From assembly GCA_011839185.1 (NCBI GenBank), contig GCA_011839185.1_3918.1: 64,000 bases of DNA; one strand, 5' to 3'. Below are positions 43,439 through 52,510 of this stretch, in pieces (position 1 is the stretch's first letter; each line of letters begins with the position of its first letter). Made by a program: the position numbers and the translations under genes. This stretch comes from a phage. Below the pieces are notes generated by a model. The model did no database searches and was not told the DNA's origin. It worked only from the letters and a program-made list of their open reading frames with translations.

Positions 43439-43514
43439 AGGGGATTAGTTTACAAGGTTAAAACCTCGGTCTTTGAAATCGAAGAAGTTGGTTCAATTCC
43501 AACATCCCCCGCCA
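43439..43514 (+). tRNA. tRNA-Gln (anticodon TTG)
   Basis: acceptor AGGGGAT/ATCCCCC with weak 1-72 pair, arm TCGGT-CTTTGAA-ATCGA, T-arm GTTGGTTCAATTCCAAC, encoded CCA. Confidence 0.7.
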
Positions 43515-43516
43515 AT

Positions 43517-43595
43517 GCTCCATTACTCCAATTGGCAGAGAGGCCAGACTTAAAATCTGTGTTATGTATCGGTTCGAATCCGATATGGAGTACCA
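43517..43595 (+). tRNA. tRNA with Leu anticodon TAA, short variable loop
   Basis: acceptor GCTCCAT/ATGGAGT, Leu-like D-loop CAATTGGCAGA, loop CTTAAAA, T-arm ATCGGTTCGAATCCGAT, discriminator A, encoded CCA; anticodon stem imperfect. Confidence 0.5.
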
Positions 43596-43600
43596 AATTT

Positions 43601-43675
43601 AGCGGTATAGCATAACTGGCAATGCAACAGTCTCTGAAGCTGTCCTATTAAGGTTCAAATCCTTATGCCGCTGCC
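43601..43675 (+). tRNA. tRNA-Gln (anticodon CTG)
   Basis: acceptor AGCGGTA/TGCCGCT, arm ACAGT-CTCTGAA-GCTGT, T-arm TAAGGTTCAAATCCTTA, encoded CCA. Confidence 0.7.
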
Positions 43676-43680
43676 ACTTC

Positions 43681-43704
43681 TAAGGGTTCTTACGAGAGTC
43701 CTTA
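43681..43704 (+). promoter_or_regulatory. conserved hairpin with GTTCTTACGAG loop (copy 4 of 4)
   Basis: TAAGG-GTTCTTACGAGAGT-CCTTA just upstream of tRNA-His. Confidence 0.4.
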
Positions 43705-43707
43705 AAT

Positions 43708-43783
43708 GTGGCCTTATCATAAATGGTAATGACCCATGCTGTGAACATGGTCTATACGGGTTCAAATCCCGTAGGTCACCCCA
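43708..43783 (+). tRNA. tRNA-His (anticodon GTG)
   Basis: acceptor GTGGCCT/AGGTCAC, arm CCATG-CTGTGAA-CATGG, T-arm ACGGGTTCAAATCCCGT, discriminator C, encoded CCA; no encoded G at -1. Confidence 0.7.
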
Positions 43784-43789
43784 ATTTAT

Positions 43790-43865
43790 AGTCCAAGTAG
43801 CTTATATGGTTAAAGCGCGTGTCTGAAAAACATGAGAAGAGGGTTCAAATCCCACTGGACTACCA
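43790..43865 (+). tRNA. tRNA-Phe (anticodon GAA)
   Basis: D-arm GCTTATATGGTTAAAGC, arm CGTGT-CTGAAAA-ACATG, T-loop TTCAAAT, CCA; acceptor pairing imperfect so ends are approximate. Confidence 0.6.
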
Positions 43866-43881
43866 ATTTCAAAGGTGCTTA

Positions 43882-44616
43882 ATGAAAGAGATGACAGAAC
43901 AAGGTAAGGAGATTTTTAATCTCTTAAAAACCGGTAAAGGGTTCTCTAACCCACTTATTACTGGTGCAGCAGTTCTCGGTGGAACCGTAGCTGCTTCTAC
44001 ATCACTTGTAAGCTCTATTAGTTCTGTAACAGACCCTACAATGAAGGAGAAACTTGTTGCTGCTGGACTTACAACAGTCCTTCTAAACAGCTTTACAACA
44101 AGCCTTACAAGCACTACAGCAACTACTAAGACCCTAACAGACTACGGTCAAAAGTCTATTGATGAGTTTTCATCACGTATGCAGGTAGCAAAGGGATACT
44201 CCAATGTTATGGGTGCAGCAGGAGAACAAGTTGGTTGTACACCATTCAGTGGTATTATGGGTGTTGCTACAGAGTATGGTCAAAAAGCTATTGACATGAT
44301 GAACAGTACACTAGATAGTGTTAATGGTGTGTTAAGTGACTTACAAGATGCTATTGACAAAGGTCTTGATACTATTTCTGATTTAGCTGAGCAAGCTGTT
44401 AGTAAGATTAATGAAGGTATTTCAAAAATTACAGCTTATGCAGATGAAGTTGTGCAGATGATTGAAGAAGAAGCTGCTCTTATTGCAGAGTACCTTAAAA
44501 CGAATATCAATGGGTTCTTAGCAGGTATCTTACCAGACTGGTTTGATGATGCCTGTAAAACTGGTGTAATTGACACTATTGCAACACCAGAAATGAAGAA
44601 CGCATTACAGAAATAA
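43882..44616 (+). CDS. hypothetical protein (Ser/Thr-rich segment then helical region; start trimmed past tRNA-Phe)
   Basis: ATG at 43882 preceded by AAAGGTG; ORF-track start 43819 lies inside the tRNA. Confidence 0.5.
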   Translation: MKEMTEQGKEIFNLLKTGKGFSNPLITGAAVLGGTVAASTSLVSSISSVTDPTMKEKLVAAGLTTVLLNSFTTSLTSTTATTKTLTDYGQKSIDEFSSRMQVAKGYSNVMGAAGEQVGCTPFSGIMGVATEYGQKAIDMMNSTLDSVNGVLSDLQDAIDKGLDTISDLAEQAVSKINEGISKITAYADEVVQMIEEEAALIAEYLKTNINGFLAGILPDWFDDACKTGVIDTIATPEMKNALQK

Positions 44617-44618
44617 AT

Positions 44619-44711
44619 GGAAGATTAACCCTAAAAGGTAAGGGAGCAGTTTGCTAAACTGCCAGTAGCTGAGAAATCGGTGTACCAGTTCAAGTCTGGT
44701 ATCTTCCTCCA
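44619..44711 (+). tRNA. tRNA-Ser (anticodon GCT), long variable arm
   Basis: 93 nt; acceptor GGAAGAT/ATCTTCC, arm GCAGT-TTGCTAA-ACTGC, T-arm ACCAGTTCAAGTCTGGT, encoded CCA. Confidence 0.75.
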
Positions 44712-44715
44712 ATTT

Positions 44716-44791
44716 GAATCCGTGACAGAAATGGCTATGTGCCTGTCTGCAAAACAGGTTTATAAGGGTTCGAGTCCCTTCGGATTCTCCA
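44716..44791 (+). tRNA. tRNA-Cys (anticodon GCA)
   Basis: acceptor GAATCCG/CGGATTC, arm CCTGT-CTGCAAA-ACAGG, T-arm AAGGGTTCGAGTCCCTT, encoded CCA. Confidence 0.8.
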
Positions 44792-44828
44792 AGTTATTTT
44801 ACTCTCTCTCAATTAAAATAATAATAAT

Positions 44829-44888
44829 GCCCTGCTATAAGTATTCTTCCTTTCGCTACCGAAGAGTATTTTTAGACAGGGCTTTTTT
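44829..44888 (+). terminator. rho-independent terminator (long nested hairpin) ending the tRNA array
   Basis: GCCCTG ... CAGGGC with inner inverted repeat, followed by TTTTTT. Confidence 0.55.
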
Positions 44889-44953
44889 ACAGAGTTATAC
44901 TTTATAAGAAGACTTATACAGTATGTCTCTGACGTACATTGTGGTTTCTCCTT

Positions 44954-44977
44954 GACGGTCTCTGTGCCGTCTTTTTT
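44954..44977 (+). terminator. rho-independent terminator
   Basis: GACGG-TCTCTGTG-CCGTC followed by TTTTTT. Confidence 0.6.
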
Positions 44978-45013
44978 AAGGGGAAACATGGTTAACTATT
45001 TGGAGAAAACATA

Positions 45014-45214
45014 ATGAGCGAGACCGTTTATAAAGAGCTTTATGAAGCTAATAAGAAGCTAGAATTTATGCAGAATACTATCATGGCAATTGCAGACAGA
45101 TTGTCTGTAGCAACAGGTATTGATATTAAAGAAGCATCTATGGATGCACTTCTTGATGCTGTTGATGCAAAGTTCGAAGTTAAGAAAGAAGAGACTGCTA
45201 CAGACTCTGAATAA
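45014..45214 (+). CDS. small acidic helical protein
   Basis: 66 aa immediately upstream of the large terminase gene. Confidence 0.45.
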   Translation: MSETVYKELYEANKKLEFMQNTIMAIADRLSVATGIDIKEASMDALLDAVDAKFEVKKEETATDSE

Positions 45215-45220
45215 TTCTAT

Positions 45221-46837
45221 TTGCGGAGGTGCTTAATGGACTTAAATGCTGTTAAGCAGAAGCGAGTGGAAGATGTTAGGAAAGTCCTAGCTGGAGAGTT
45301 GGGGCTCTCTGATGAAGTAAAAGAAATTATCAAATCATTCGGTAAAGACCCCTCTAAATTCCTTCCAACTCAAATTCTGACTTTATTAAGATACACACCA
45401 GACCAAGTTAGACTTATCTTCAAATTGATGACTGATAAGAATTATGTAGCCCCTCAGCCGGGTTCTCAAGAGGTCTTTTTAAATACTAATGCTGACTTGG
45501 TTCTCTATGGTGGTGCTGCTGGTGCTGGTAAAACTGCTGCATTGTTAATGGATTCTTTAAGGTTTATTGAAGACCCTAACTATAATGCTGTATATTTCCG
45601 TCGAAATACAACACAGCTACAAGGTGGTTTATGGCCTGCTGCAAAGAAACTATTTGGTAAGTTTGGTGGGATTCCTCACGAGCAGAAAATGACTATCACA
45701 TTCCCTTCTGGGGCAACTATCAAGTTTACCTACCTAGAACTTGAAAAGCACGCTGAAGGTCATCAGGGTATTGAATACTCAGCTATTTACTTTGACGAAG
45801 GTACACACTTCTCTGCTTCACAGATTTCATACCTACAAACCCGTCTACGTTCTGGTGCTGAAGGTGATTCATACATGAAGATTTCCATGAACCCAGACAG
45901 AGACCACTTTATTTACGATTGGGTAGAGCCATTCTTAGATGAAGAAGGCTATCCAGACCCTGAAAAATGTGGTCGTATTCGTTGGTATGTAATGAACGAT
46001 GGTGTGATGGTTTCTGATTGGGAGAGAGACAAGATTCTTGAAATGTTCCCTCTTGAGATTCCTCAAACATACACCTTTATCTCTGGTACGATTGATGATA
46101 ACCCAATCCTTGACTTCTTAGAGCCTAAGTACCGTGGTAAGTTGGAAAACAACACCCCTGTAAACGTTGCAAGACTTCGTTTCGGTAACTGGAAGGCTCG
46201 TGCAGAAGGTTCAAACTATTGGCAAAGGCAATGGTGTGAGATTGTTGATTCACTCCCAGAAGATGTATTTGATGTTAGAGCGTGGGACTTAGCAGCAACT
46301 TTACCATCTGAGATTAACCCTAATCCAGACTGGACAGCAGGTGTTAAGATGGGTAAATCTAAAAAAGACGGTTGCTATTATATCATTGATGTAGTAAGAT
46401 TTAGAGATAGACCCTCTGGAGTCGAAACACAAATTAATTTGACTGCTGAAAGTGACGGTAAGCGAACTGGTATTTTTATCCCTCAAGACCCAGGCGCTGC
46501 TGGTAAATCCTACGCAACATCCCTCATCAGGAAACTTGCCGAGAAAGGTTATCGTGCAAGAGCTAAACCAACAAATAAAGATAAAGTTACCCGCTTTGCG
46601 GGATTTTCTGCTGCTTCTGAGGCTGGACTTGTAAAAGTCTTGAGAGGTAGTTGGAACGAAGCTTATTTTCAAGAGCTTGAAGGCTTTTGTGGTGATGGCA
46701 AAACTAAAGATGACCAAGTGGATGCTACCAGTGATGCTTTCAACAGTCTTAACGAAGTTAAATTATTCAAGCCACCATCAATGGGTGCTCACACAGACTT
46801 AGTGAGAGGAAACCCATATGAGGGGCTTAGACGTTGA
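45221..46837 (+). CDS. terminase large subunit
   Basis: 538 aa; Walker A LYGGAAGAGKT; Walker-B-like IYFDEG; position ahead of the portal gene. Confidence 0.8.
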   Translation: MRRCLMDLNAVKQKRVEDVRKVLAGELGLSDEVKEIIKSFGKDPSKFLPTQILTLLRYTPDQVRLIFKLMTDKNYVAPQPGSQEVFLNTNADLVLYGGAAGAGKTAALLMDSLRFIEDPNYNAVYFRRNTTQLQGGLWPAAKKLFGKFGGIPHEQKMTITFPSGATIKFTYLELEKHAEGHQGIEYSAIYFDEGTHFSASQISYLQTRLRSGAEGDSYMKISMNPDRDHFIYDWVEPFLDEEGYPDPEKCGRIRWYVMNDGVMVSDWERDKILEMFPLEIPQTYTFISGTIDDNPILDFLEPKYRGKLENNTPVNVARLRFGNWKARAEGSNYWQRQWCEIVDSLPEDVFDVRAWDLAATLPSEINPNPDWTAGVKMGKSKKDGCYYIIDVVRFRDRPSGVETQINLTAESDGKRTGIFIPQDPGAAGKSYATSLIRKLAEKGYRARAKPTNKDKVTRFAGFSAASEAGLVKVLRGSWNEAYFQELEGFCGDGKTKDDQVDATSDAFNSLNEVKLFKPPSMGAHTDLVRGNPYEGLRR

Positions 46838-46844
46838 TAGCTAG

Positions 46845-48320
46845 GTGAGAAGAATGGCAGATATTACAGAAACACAAGAAAGCTTACCACCATTTAGAAT
46901 GGGTGAAGTAGGTTCTTTGGGTCTGAAGGTTAAGAATGGAAGAATCTATGAAGAACCTCGTCAGGCACTAAGGTTCCCTGAAAGTATTAAAACTTTCCAA
47001 TTAATGATGCGTGACCCTGCTGTAGCAGCATCTGTAAATATTATTAAGATGTTTGTCAGAAAAGTCAACTGGAGATTCGTACCTCCAAAGGGAAAAGAGC
47101 AAGACCCTAAAATGCTTGAAAGAGCAGACTTCTTTAATTCTTTAATGGATGACATGGAGCATGATTGGGCAGATTTTATTAACTCTGTAATGTCATTCTG
47201 CACTTATGGGTTCTGTGTTAACGAAAAGGTTTATAAGAAACGTCAGGGTAAAAAAGGAAAGTACCAGTCAAAATTTGATGATGGTCTAATTGGGTGGGCT
47301 AAATTACCAATCAGAAACCAGTCAACGCTTGATAAGTGGTATTTTGACGAAGACTTTAGAAAAGTTACTGGTGTTAGACAGAATCTGAGAAATGTTTCAC
47401 ATATTGCTGGAGCAATCAATCTCGGAGAAAGACCACTAACAAGAAAACTTCCACGAGCTAAATTCATGCTGTTTAAGTATGATGATGAGTATGGTAACCC
47501 AGAAGGTCGTTCACCATTACTTAATGCTTATGTACCGTGGAAATATAAAGTACAGATTGAAGAGTATGAAGCTGTTGGTGTTTCAAGAGACTTAGTAGGT
47601 ATGCCAAAGATTGGTTTACCACCAGACTATCTGGATGAAAATGCAGAGCCTGAAAAGAAAGCTTTCGTACAATACTGCAAAACTGTTGTTAATGACATGA
47701 TTGCTAATGACAGAGCAGGTTTAATCTGGCCTAGATATATCGACCCAGAAACTAAAGAGGATATCTTTGAGTTCTCATTAGTTTCTAGACAGGGTGCTAA
47801 AGCATATGATACAGGTTCTATCATTGACAGATATTCCAAGCAAATTATGATGGCATTTATGTCAGATGTTCTTGCTATGGGTCAGTCAAAATATGGTTCA
47901 TTCTCTCTTGCAGATTCTAAGACAAGCCTATTAGCAATGTCAGTAGATATTCTGCTGAAGCAAATTAAGAACGTAATTAACCGTGATTTAGTTGCACAGA
48001 CTTATGCTCTTAATATGTGGGATGATGAAGAACATGTACAAATCACATACGATGATATCGAAACTCCAGACCTTGAAGCAATTGGTTCTTATATTCAGAA
48101 GACTGTTGCAGTAGGTGCTTTGGAAGTTGACAAAGAGCTATCTAACAAACTTAGAGAGCATATTGGTCTTCCTCCTGCTGATGAGTCTCAGCCAGTATCT
48201 GAAAAGCTTTCTCCAAATAGCCAAAGCCGTTCAGGAGATGGTTATAAGACCGCTGGAGAAGGTACTGCAAAGACACCTTCAGCGAAAGACCCAAGCACAG
48301 CAAATAAGGCAAATAAATAA
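46845..48320 (+). CDS. portal protein
   Basis: 491 aa immediately after the large terminase; assignment by size and position. Confidence 0.6.
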   Translation: MRRMADITETQESLPPFRMGEVGSLGLKVKNGRIYEEPRQALRFPESIKTFQLMMRDPAVAASVNIIKMFVRKVNWRFVPPKGKEQDPKMLERADFFNSLMDDMEHDWADFINSVMSFCTYGFCVNEKVYKKRQGKKGKYQSKFDDGLIGWAKLPIRNQSTLDKWYFDEDFRKVTGVRQNLRNVSHIAGAINLGERPLTRKLPRAKFMLFKYDDEYGNPEGRSPLLNAYVPWKYKVQIEEYEAVGVSRDLVGMPKIGLPPDYLDENAEPEKKAFVQYCKTVVNDMIANDRAGLIWPRYIDPETKEDIFEFSLVSRQGAKAYDTGSIIDRYSKQIMMAFMSDVLAMGQSKYGSFSLADSKTSLLAMSVDILLKQIKNVINRDLVAQTYALNMWDDEEHVQITYDDIETPDLEAIGSYIQKTVAVGALEVDKELSNKLREHIGLPPADESQPVSEKLSPNSQSRSGDGYKTAGEGTAKTPSAKDPSTANKANK

Positions 48321-48820
48321 TGGCTGAAGTTATCTCTATTTCAAATGCTACACGAGTGCATTCGTATAGGGGTGTCCTTATCATCACTAATAAGTTATCT
48401 GTAGAGGCTGGCTCAAGGGTCAGCCTTTCAGGTTATGTTAGTGATGGTGGAGTCTCTGACGTTTTCACTATTTGCAGGTTACTTGATGCACCAATGAGTG
48501 GAAAACCGTTTATTTCAGGAAATTGTAGTGAAATTGTTAAAATTCCATTTGACAGTTCATGCCTTTTGGGTGTAAAGTTATATAACTGCGAGAATAAACG
48601 TATCAATGTTAATAGCATTGAAGCCGCTTTCATTACCCTCGATACTGCATTTCAATCCCCAATGACAGTTAACAAAGAAACAAACAGACTTGAATACATT
48701 TTTTCACAAAATGATTACAAAGTACTTGTCAAAGGTAAAGTATATGATATGATTGTAAATGTGGTAGATGAATCTGGTAACCATTCAACAGTCCTTAAAC
48801 AAAAAGTAAGGTTTAATTAA
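48320..48820 (+). CDS. hypothetical head-module protein
   Basis: ORF track 166 aa; start overlaps the portal stop. Confidence 0.45.
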   Translation: MAEVISISNATRVHSYRGVLIITNKLSVEAGSRVSLSGYVSDGGVSDVFTICRLLDAPMSGKPFISGNCSEIVKIPFDSSCLLGVKLYNCENKRINVNSIEAAFITLDTAFQSPMTVNKETNRLEYIFSQNDYKVLVKGKVYDMIVNVVDESGNHSTVLKQKVRFN

Positions 48821-49152
48821 TGGGAACATTAACTATTGATGGTAAGAATAAAATCCTCGCCACGCTAACCCCAACGACTATTATTTTACACAATGTAGAC
48901 CCAACGGCAGACCCTACAGCAAATAAGGTTACTCAGCCAGTGGCTATTTATTTTTCTGAACCGGATAATGGCTTAATTGCCTCAGAAGACACAGTTAATA
49001 TTACTGTTCCAGCTTCTGCAACGGTCTCACACTATAGCTTGTGGGATGCTAACGATAAATGCGTGGCAACTGGTGCTCTTAGCAAACCTCAATTCTTTGC
49101 TGAAGAAGGTATCTATGTTATCTCTTCAGTCTCTGTAGATTTAAACAAATAG
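48820..49152 (+). CDS. hypothetical head-module protein
   Basis: ORF track 110 aa. Confidence 0.45.
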   Translation: MGTLTIDGKNKILATLTPTTIILHNVDPTADPTANKVTQPVAIYFSEPDNGLIASEDTVNITVPASATVSHYSLWDANDKCVATGALSKPQFFAEEGIYVISSVSVDLNK

Positions 49153-49163
49153 GGTGAGTAAAA

Positions 49164-50510
49164 ATGAGTTCGAATATCTTCAGACTTGCTGATAGATTAT
49201 TCAACCAACCTTTACTAGCCACTGAATCATTAGCTCACTCAGCAGCAACTTATGTGAATAACAGATTGCTGGGTGATGTCCAAGCAGCAGTAAACTTTGA
49301 TAAACCCAAAGGTGAAGCAAGAAGTCTTTTAAAAGTGAAAGATGATATTGCTATTATTCCTATTATGGGTGGCTTAACCCATCGTATGACATTCATTGAT
49401 GCAATGTGTACAGGTGGTTTAAGCTCTTATGAAGGTTTACGCAGAGGCTTTGACGAAGCTTTAGCAGATGAGTCAATTAAGACTATTGTTCTGCACATCG
49501 ATTCTGGTGGTGGTGAAGCTTCAGGTTGCTTTGAATTAGCACGTCACATTATGGCTTCAAGAGGCCAAAAGAAAATTATTGCTTATGTAGATGAGTTCGC
49601 TTGTTCCGCTGCATATGCTCTTGCATCTTCTGCTGAAGAAATTATTGCATCACCAGATGCAGATGTTGGTTCTATCGGTGTAATCATGGTTCATCAGGAA
49701 TTAACTAAGGCATTTGAAAAGAATGGCGTAACAATTAACGTCATCAAAGCTGGTGAGTTTAAAGGTATGGGTTCACCATTCCAAGCACTTTCAGAAGAAA
49801 GCAAAGAAAGACTTCAAAAGAGAATTAATGATACCTACGCAACCTTTACAGGTTTTGTAGCCGAATCTCGTAATCTCTCTGAAGAAGCTGTAAAGAATAC
49901 TGAGGCGAATGTTTATTCTGCTCAGGAAGCTCTTGAACTTGGTTTAATTAACTCAATCATGTCTCAAGATGATTTCTTAAATTACTTACAAGGTTCTGAA
50001 GAGGCTCCTGTAAGTTTAAACGTTAACAATTCAGGTGAAGAAATGACTGAACAAGAAAAGCAAGAACTAGAAGCTTTGCGTCTTCAGGTTGCTCAAATGA
50101 AAGCTAAAGAACAGGAAGCTGCTTTGTCAGATTTGACTAATAAGATTTCTGCTTCTGCTGAAGCTTTTGGGTTTGATGCAAAAGAAGCTGCAACGACTAT
50201 TTTAGGTGCTGGTCTTGATAACCCTCTGAGCGTTCTGTTTATGAATGCTATGGAAGGTGCTAACCAGAAACTTAATGAAACTATCGCGTCCCATGCTTCT
50301 GCAATGGAAGAAAAAGAATCAGAAATTACCAAGCTGAAAGAAACTGCTGGTGCTGTTCTTGAACATTCCAACGCTATGGAAGAAATGGGTAATGACGGCG
50401 AAGCTGATTTGGTTGAAGAAGAAAAAGAACCAGCTAAGAATGCTTCCGAAGACACCGCTGAACAACGCAAACTGGCTCTCCAGAATGCTCTAAAATCTCT
50501 TATTAAATAA
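49164..50510 (+). CDS. prohead serine protease (S49/ClpP-like) fused to a scaffold-like coiled-coil C-terminus
   Basis: 448 aa; HIDSGGGEASG and FACSAAYALA motifs; C-terminal helical E/K/A-rich region. Confidence 0.7.
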   Translation: MSSNIFRLADRLFNQPLLATESLAHSAATYVNNRLLGDVQAAVNFDKPKGEARSLLKVKDDIAIIPIMGGLTHRMTFIDAMCTGGLSSYEGLRRGFDEALADESIKTIVLHIDSGGGEASGCFELARHIMASRGQKKIIAYVDEFACSAAYALASSAEEIIASPDADVGSIGVIMVHQELTKAFEKNGVTINVIKAGEFKGMGSPFQALSEESKERLQKRINDTYATFTGFVAESRNLSEEAVKNTEANVYSAQEALELGLINSIMSQDDFLNYLQGSEEAPVSLNVNNSGEEMTEQEKQELEALRLQVAQMKAKEQEAALSDLTNKISASAEAFGFDAKEAATTILGAGLDNPLSVLFMNAMEGANQKLNETIASHASAMEEKESEITKLKETAGAVLEHSNAMEEMGNDGEADLVEEEKEPAKNASEDTAEQRKLALQNALKSLIK

Positions 50511-50521
50511 GGAACACAATA

Positions 50522-50899
50522 ATGGCATATGAAGGTTTTACTAAGCTAGGTAAAAGAGAACCTCTGAATGATATCATTCTTTGGGAACAGGTTACCCCAA
50601 CAGGCCACTCTCGTAAAGAGTACACTCCAGTTGCTTCAACAGAATACCGTGTAGGTGAAGTTCTGAAAGCAGATGGTACTAAAGTTGCAGCAGGGGAAGA
50701 AACTCAGGCTGATTCTGTATGTATCGTTAACTTTTATGCAGACCTGCAACTGTCTTACCACGGTCAGTTGAAAGTTGTTGGTATTTACCGCGACGCAGAA
50801 CTAAAAGACCTGCTTACTCTTGAATCAGGTGTTGATGCTGCCGCAGTCAAGACAGCTCTGGCTGCTAAAGGTATCGATTTCGTACCAACTGGCCTGTAA
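50522..50899 (+). CDS. hypothetical head protein (possible decoration protein)
   Basis: 125 aa between the protease and the capsid gene. Confidence 0.4.
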   Translation: MAYEGFTKLGKREPLNDIILWEQVTPTGHSRKEYTPVASTEYRVGEVLKADGTKVAAGEETQADSVCIVNFYADLQLSYHGQLKVVGIYRDAELKDLLTLESGVDAAAVKTALAAKGIDFVPTGL

Positions 50900-50932
50900 T
50901 AACAATAATAAGACATTCTGGAGAATTTTACA

Positions 50933-52039
50933 ATGTTGACTAATTCTGAAAAAAGCAGATTTTTCCTTGCTGACCTGACTGGTGAAGTCCAGTCTATCCC
51001 AAATACTTATGGGTATATTTCCAACTTAGGTCTGTTCCGTTCAGCACCAATCACCCAAACTACTTTCCTTATGGACTTGACTGATTGGGATGTTAGCTTG
51101 CTTGATGCGGTAGACCGTGATAGCCGTAAAGCAGAGACTAGCGCACCTGAGCGTGTTCGTCAAATCAGCTTCCCAATGATGTACTTCAAAGAAGTTGAAA
51201 GCATCACTCCTGATGAAATTCAGGGTGTACGTCAGCCAGGCACTGCAAACGAACTGACTACTGAAGCTGTAGTACGTGCTAAGAAACTGATGAAGATTCG
51301 TACCAAGTTCGATATTACTCGTGAGTTCCTGTTTATGCAAGCTCTGAAGGGTAAAGTTGTTGATGCTCGTGGTACTCTGTATGCTGACCTGTACAAGCAG
51401 TTCGACGTTGAGAAGAAAACTGTTTACTTCGACCTTGACAACCCTAATGCTGACATCGACGCTTCTATTGAAGAACTGCGTATGCACATGGAAGACGAAG
51501 CTAAGACTGGCACTGTAATCAACGGTGAAGAAATTCACGTAGTTGTTGACCGTGTATTCTTCAGCAAGCTGACTAAACACCCTAAGATTCGTGACGCTTA
51601 TCTTGCACAGCAGACTCCGCTGGCTTGGCAACAGATTACTGGTTCTCTGAGAACTGGTGGTACTGACGGCGTTCAGGCTCACATGAACACTTTCTACTAC
51701 GGTGGTGTTAAGTTTGTCCAGTACAACGGTAAGTTCAAAGACAAGCGTGGTAAGGTTCACACTCTGGTGAGTATTGATAGTGTAGCAGCAACTGTTGGTG
51801 TAGGTCATGCTTTCCCTAACGTTTCTATGCTGGGTGAAGCAAACAACATCTTCGAAGTGGCATATGGTCCATGTCCTAAGATGGGTTATGCAAATACACT
51901 TGGTCAGGAACTGTACGTATTCGAATACGAAAAAGACCGTGACGAAGGTATTGACTTTGAAGCTCACTCTTACATGCTGCCATACTGCACACGTCCTCAG
52001 TTGCTGGTAGACGTTCGTTCTGACGCTAAACCAGACTAA
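50933..52039 (+). CDS. major capsid protein
   Basis: 368 aa; position after protease/scaffold; by position and size. Confidence 0.6.
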   Translation: MLTNSEKSRFFLADLTGEVQSIPNTYGYISNLGLFRSAPITQTTFLMDLTDWDVSLLDAVDRDSRKAETSAPERVRQISFPMMYFKEVESITPDEIQGVRQPGTANELTTEAVVRAKKLMKIRTKFDITREFLFMQALKGKVVDARGTLYADLYKQFDVEKKTVYFDLDNPNADIDASIEELRMHMEDEAKTGTVINGEEIHVVVDRVFFSKLTKHPKIRDAYLAQQTPLAWQQITGSLRTGGTDGVQAHMNTFYYGGVKFVQYNGKFKDKRGKVHTLVSIDSVAATVGVGHAFPNVSMLGEANNIFEVAYGPCPKMGYANTLGQELYVFEYEKDRDEGIDFEAHSYMLPYCTRPQLLVDVRSDAKPD

Positions 52040-52060
52040 TATTCTTAAGGAGGGTTATGA

Positions 52061-52510
52061 ATGTGCTATACAGGCGACCCAGCCAATAACCCTCTTGATA
52101 GAGTAAGAATCCTCTGCACAGACACCAATAATGATGAAATTCTTATTGAACAGTCTGTGCTAGAGTGGTTCTATCTAGAATCTGGAAAGGATGAAAAGAA
52201 AGCAGCCATCAAAGCTCTTAAATATTTACTCTTTCAAGTAGCCAAGATGGGAGATGAGAAGGTTGGTGGTGTTTATTTACGTAACTCTTCCAGATTCAAA
52301 TCTCTGAAAGCTGTTTATGACGACCTTGTTAAAAGCTCTGTTTCAGGACTACCCTATGCAGGTGGTATTAATCAGTGTGATATTGACATGCGTCGTCAGA
52401 ATCCTTGCTCTGTCAAGAAATACACAGAATATGGTGATGCTGCCAGATACGAAGGCAGAGATTACTGCAACCGTGTTAATGGCGTATTTATTATCGAGCG
52501 AGATGAATAA
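52061..52510 (+). CDS. hypothetical head-tail joining module protein
   Basis: ORF track 149 aa. Confidence 0.45.
   Translation: MCYTGDPANNPLDRVRILCTDTNNDEILIEQSVLEWFYLESGKDEKKAAIKALKYLLFQVAKMGDEKVGGVYLRNSSRFKSLKAVYDDLVKSSVSGLPYAGGINQCDIDMRRQNPCSVKKYTEYGDAARYEGRDYCNRVNGVFIIERDE

Noticed and set aside
43819-43881. ORF-track start of the 265-aa ORF at 43819
   Set aside because: Lies inside tRNA-Phe; the ATG at 43882 has an upstream AAAGGTG.
44680-44907. 75-aa ORF overlapping tRNA-Ser and tRNA-Cys
   Set aside because: Sequence is explained by two well-formed tRNAs and a terminator.
46301-46717. 138-aa minus-strand ORF inside the large terminase gene
   Set aside because: Antisense to a gene with clear Walker motifs; no RBS or operon context.
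51041-51967. 308-aa minus-strand ORF inside the major capsid gene
   Set aside because: Entirely antisense to a well-supported + strand structural gene in a block with no other minus-strand genes; odd composition; judged an antisense artefact.
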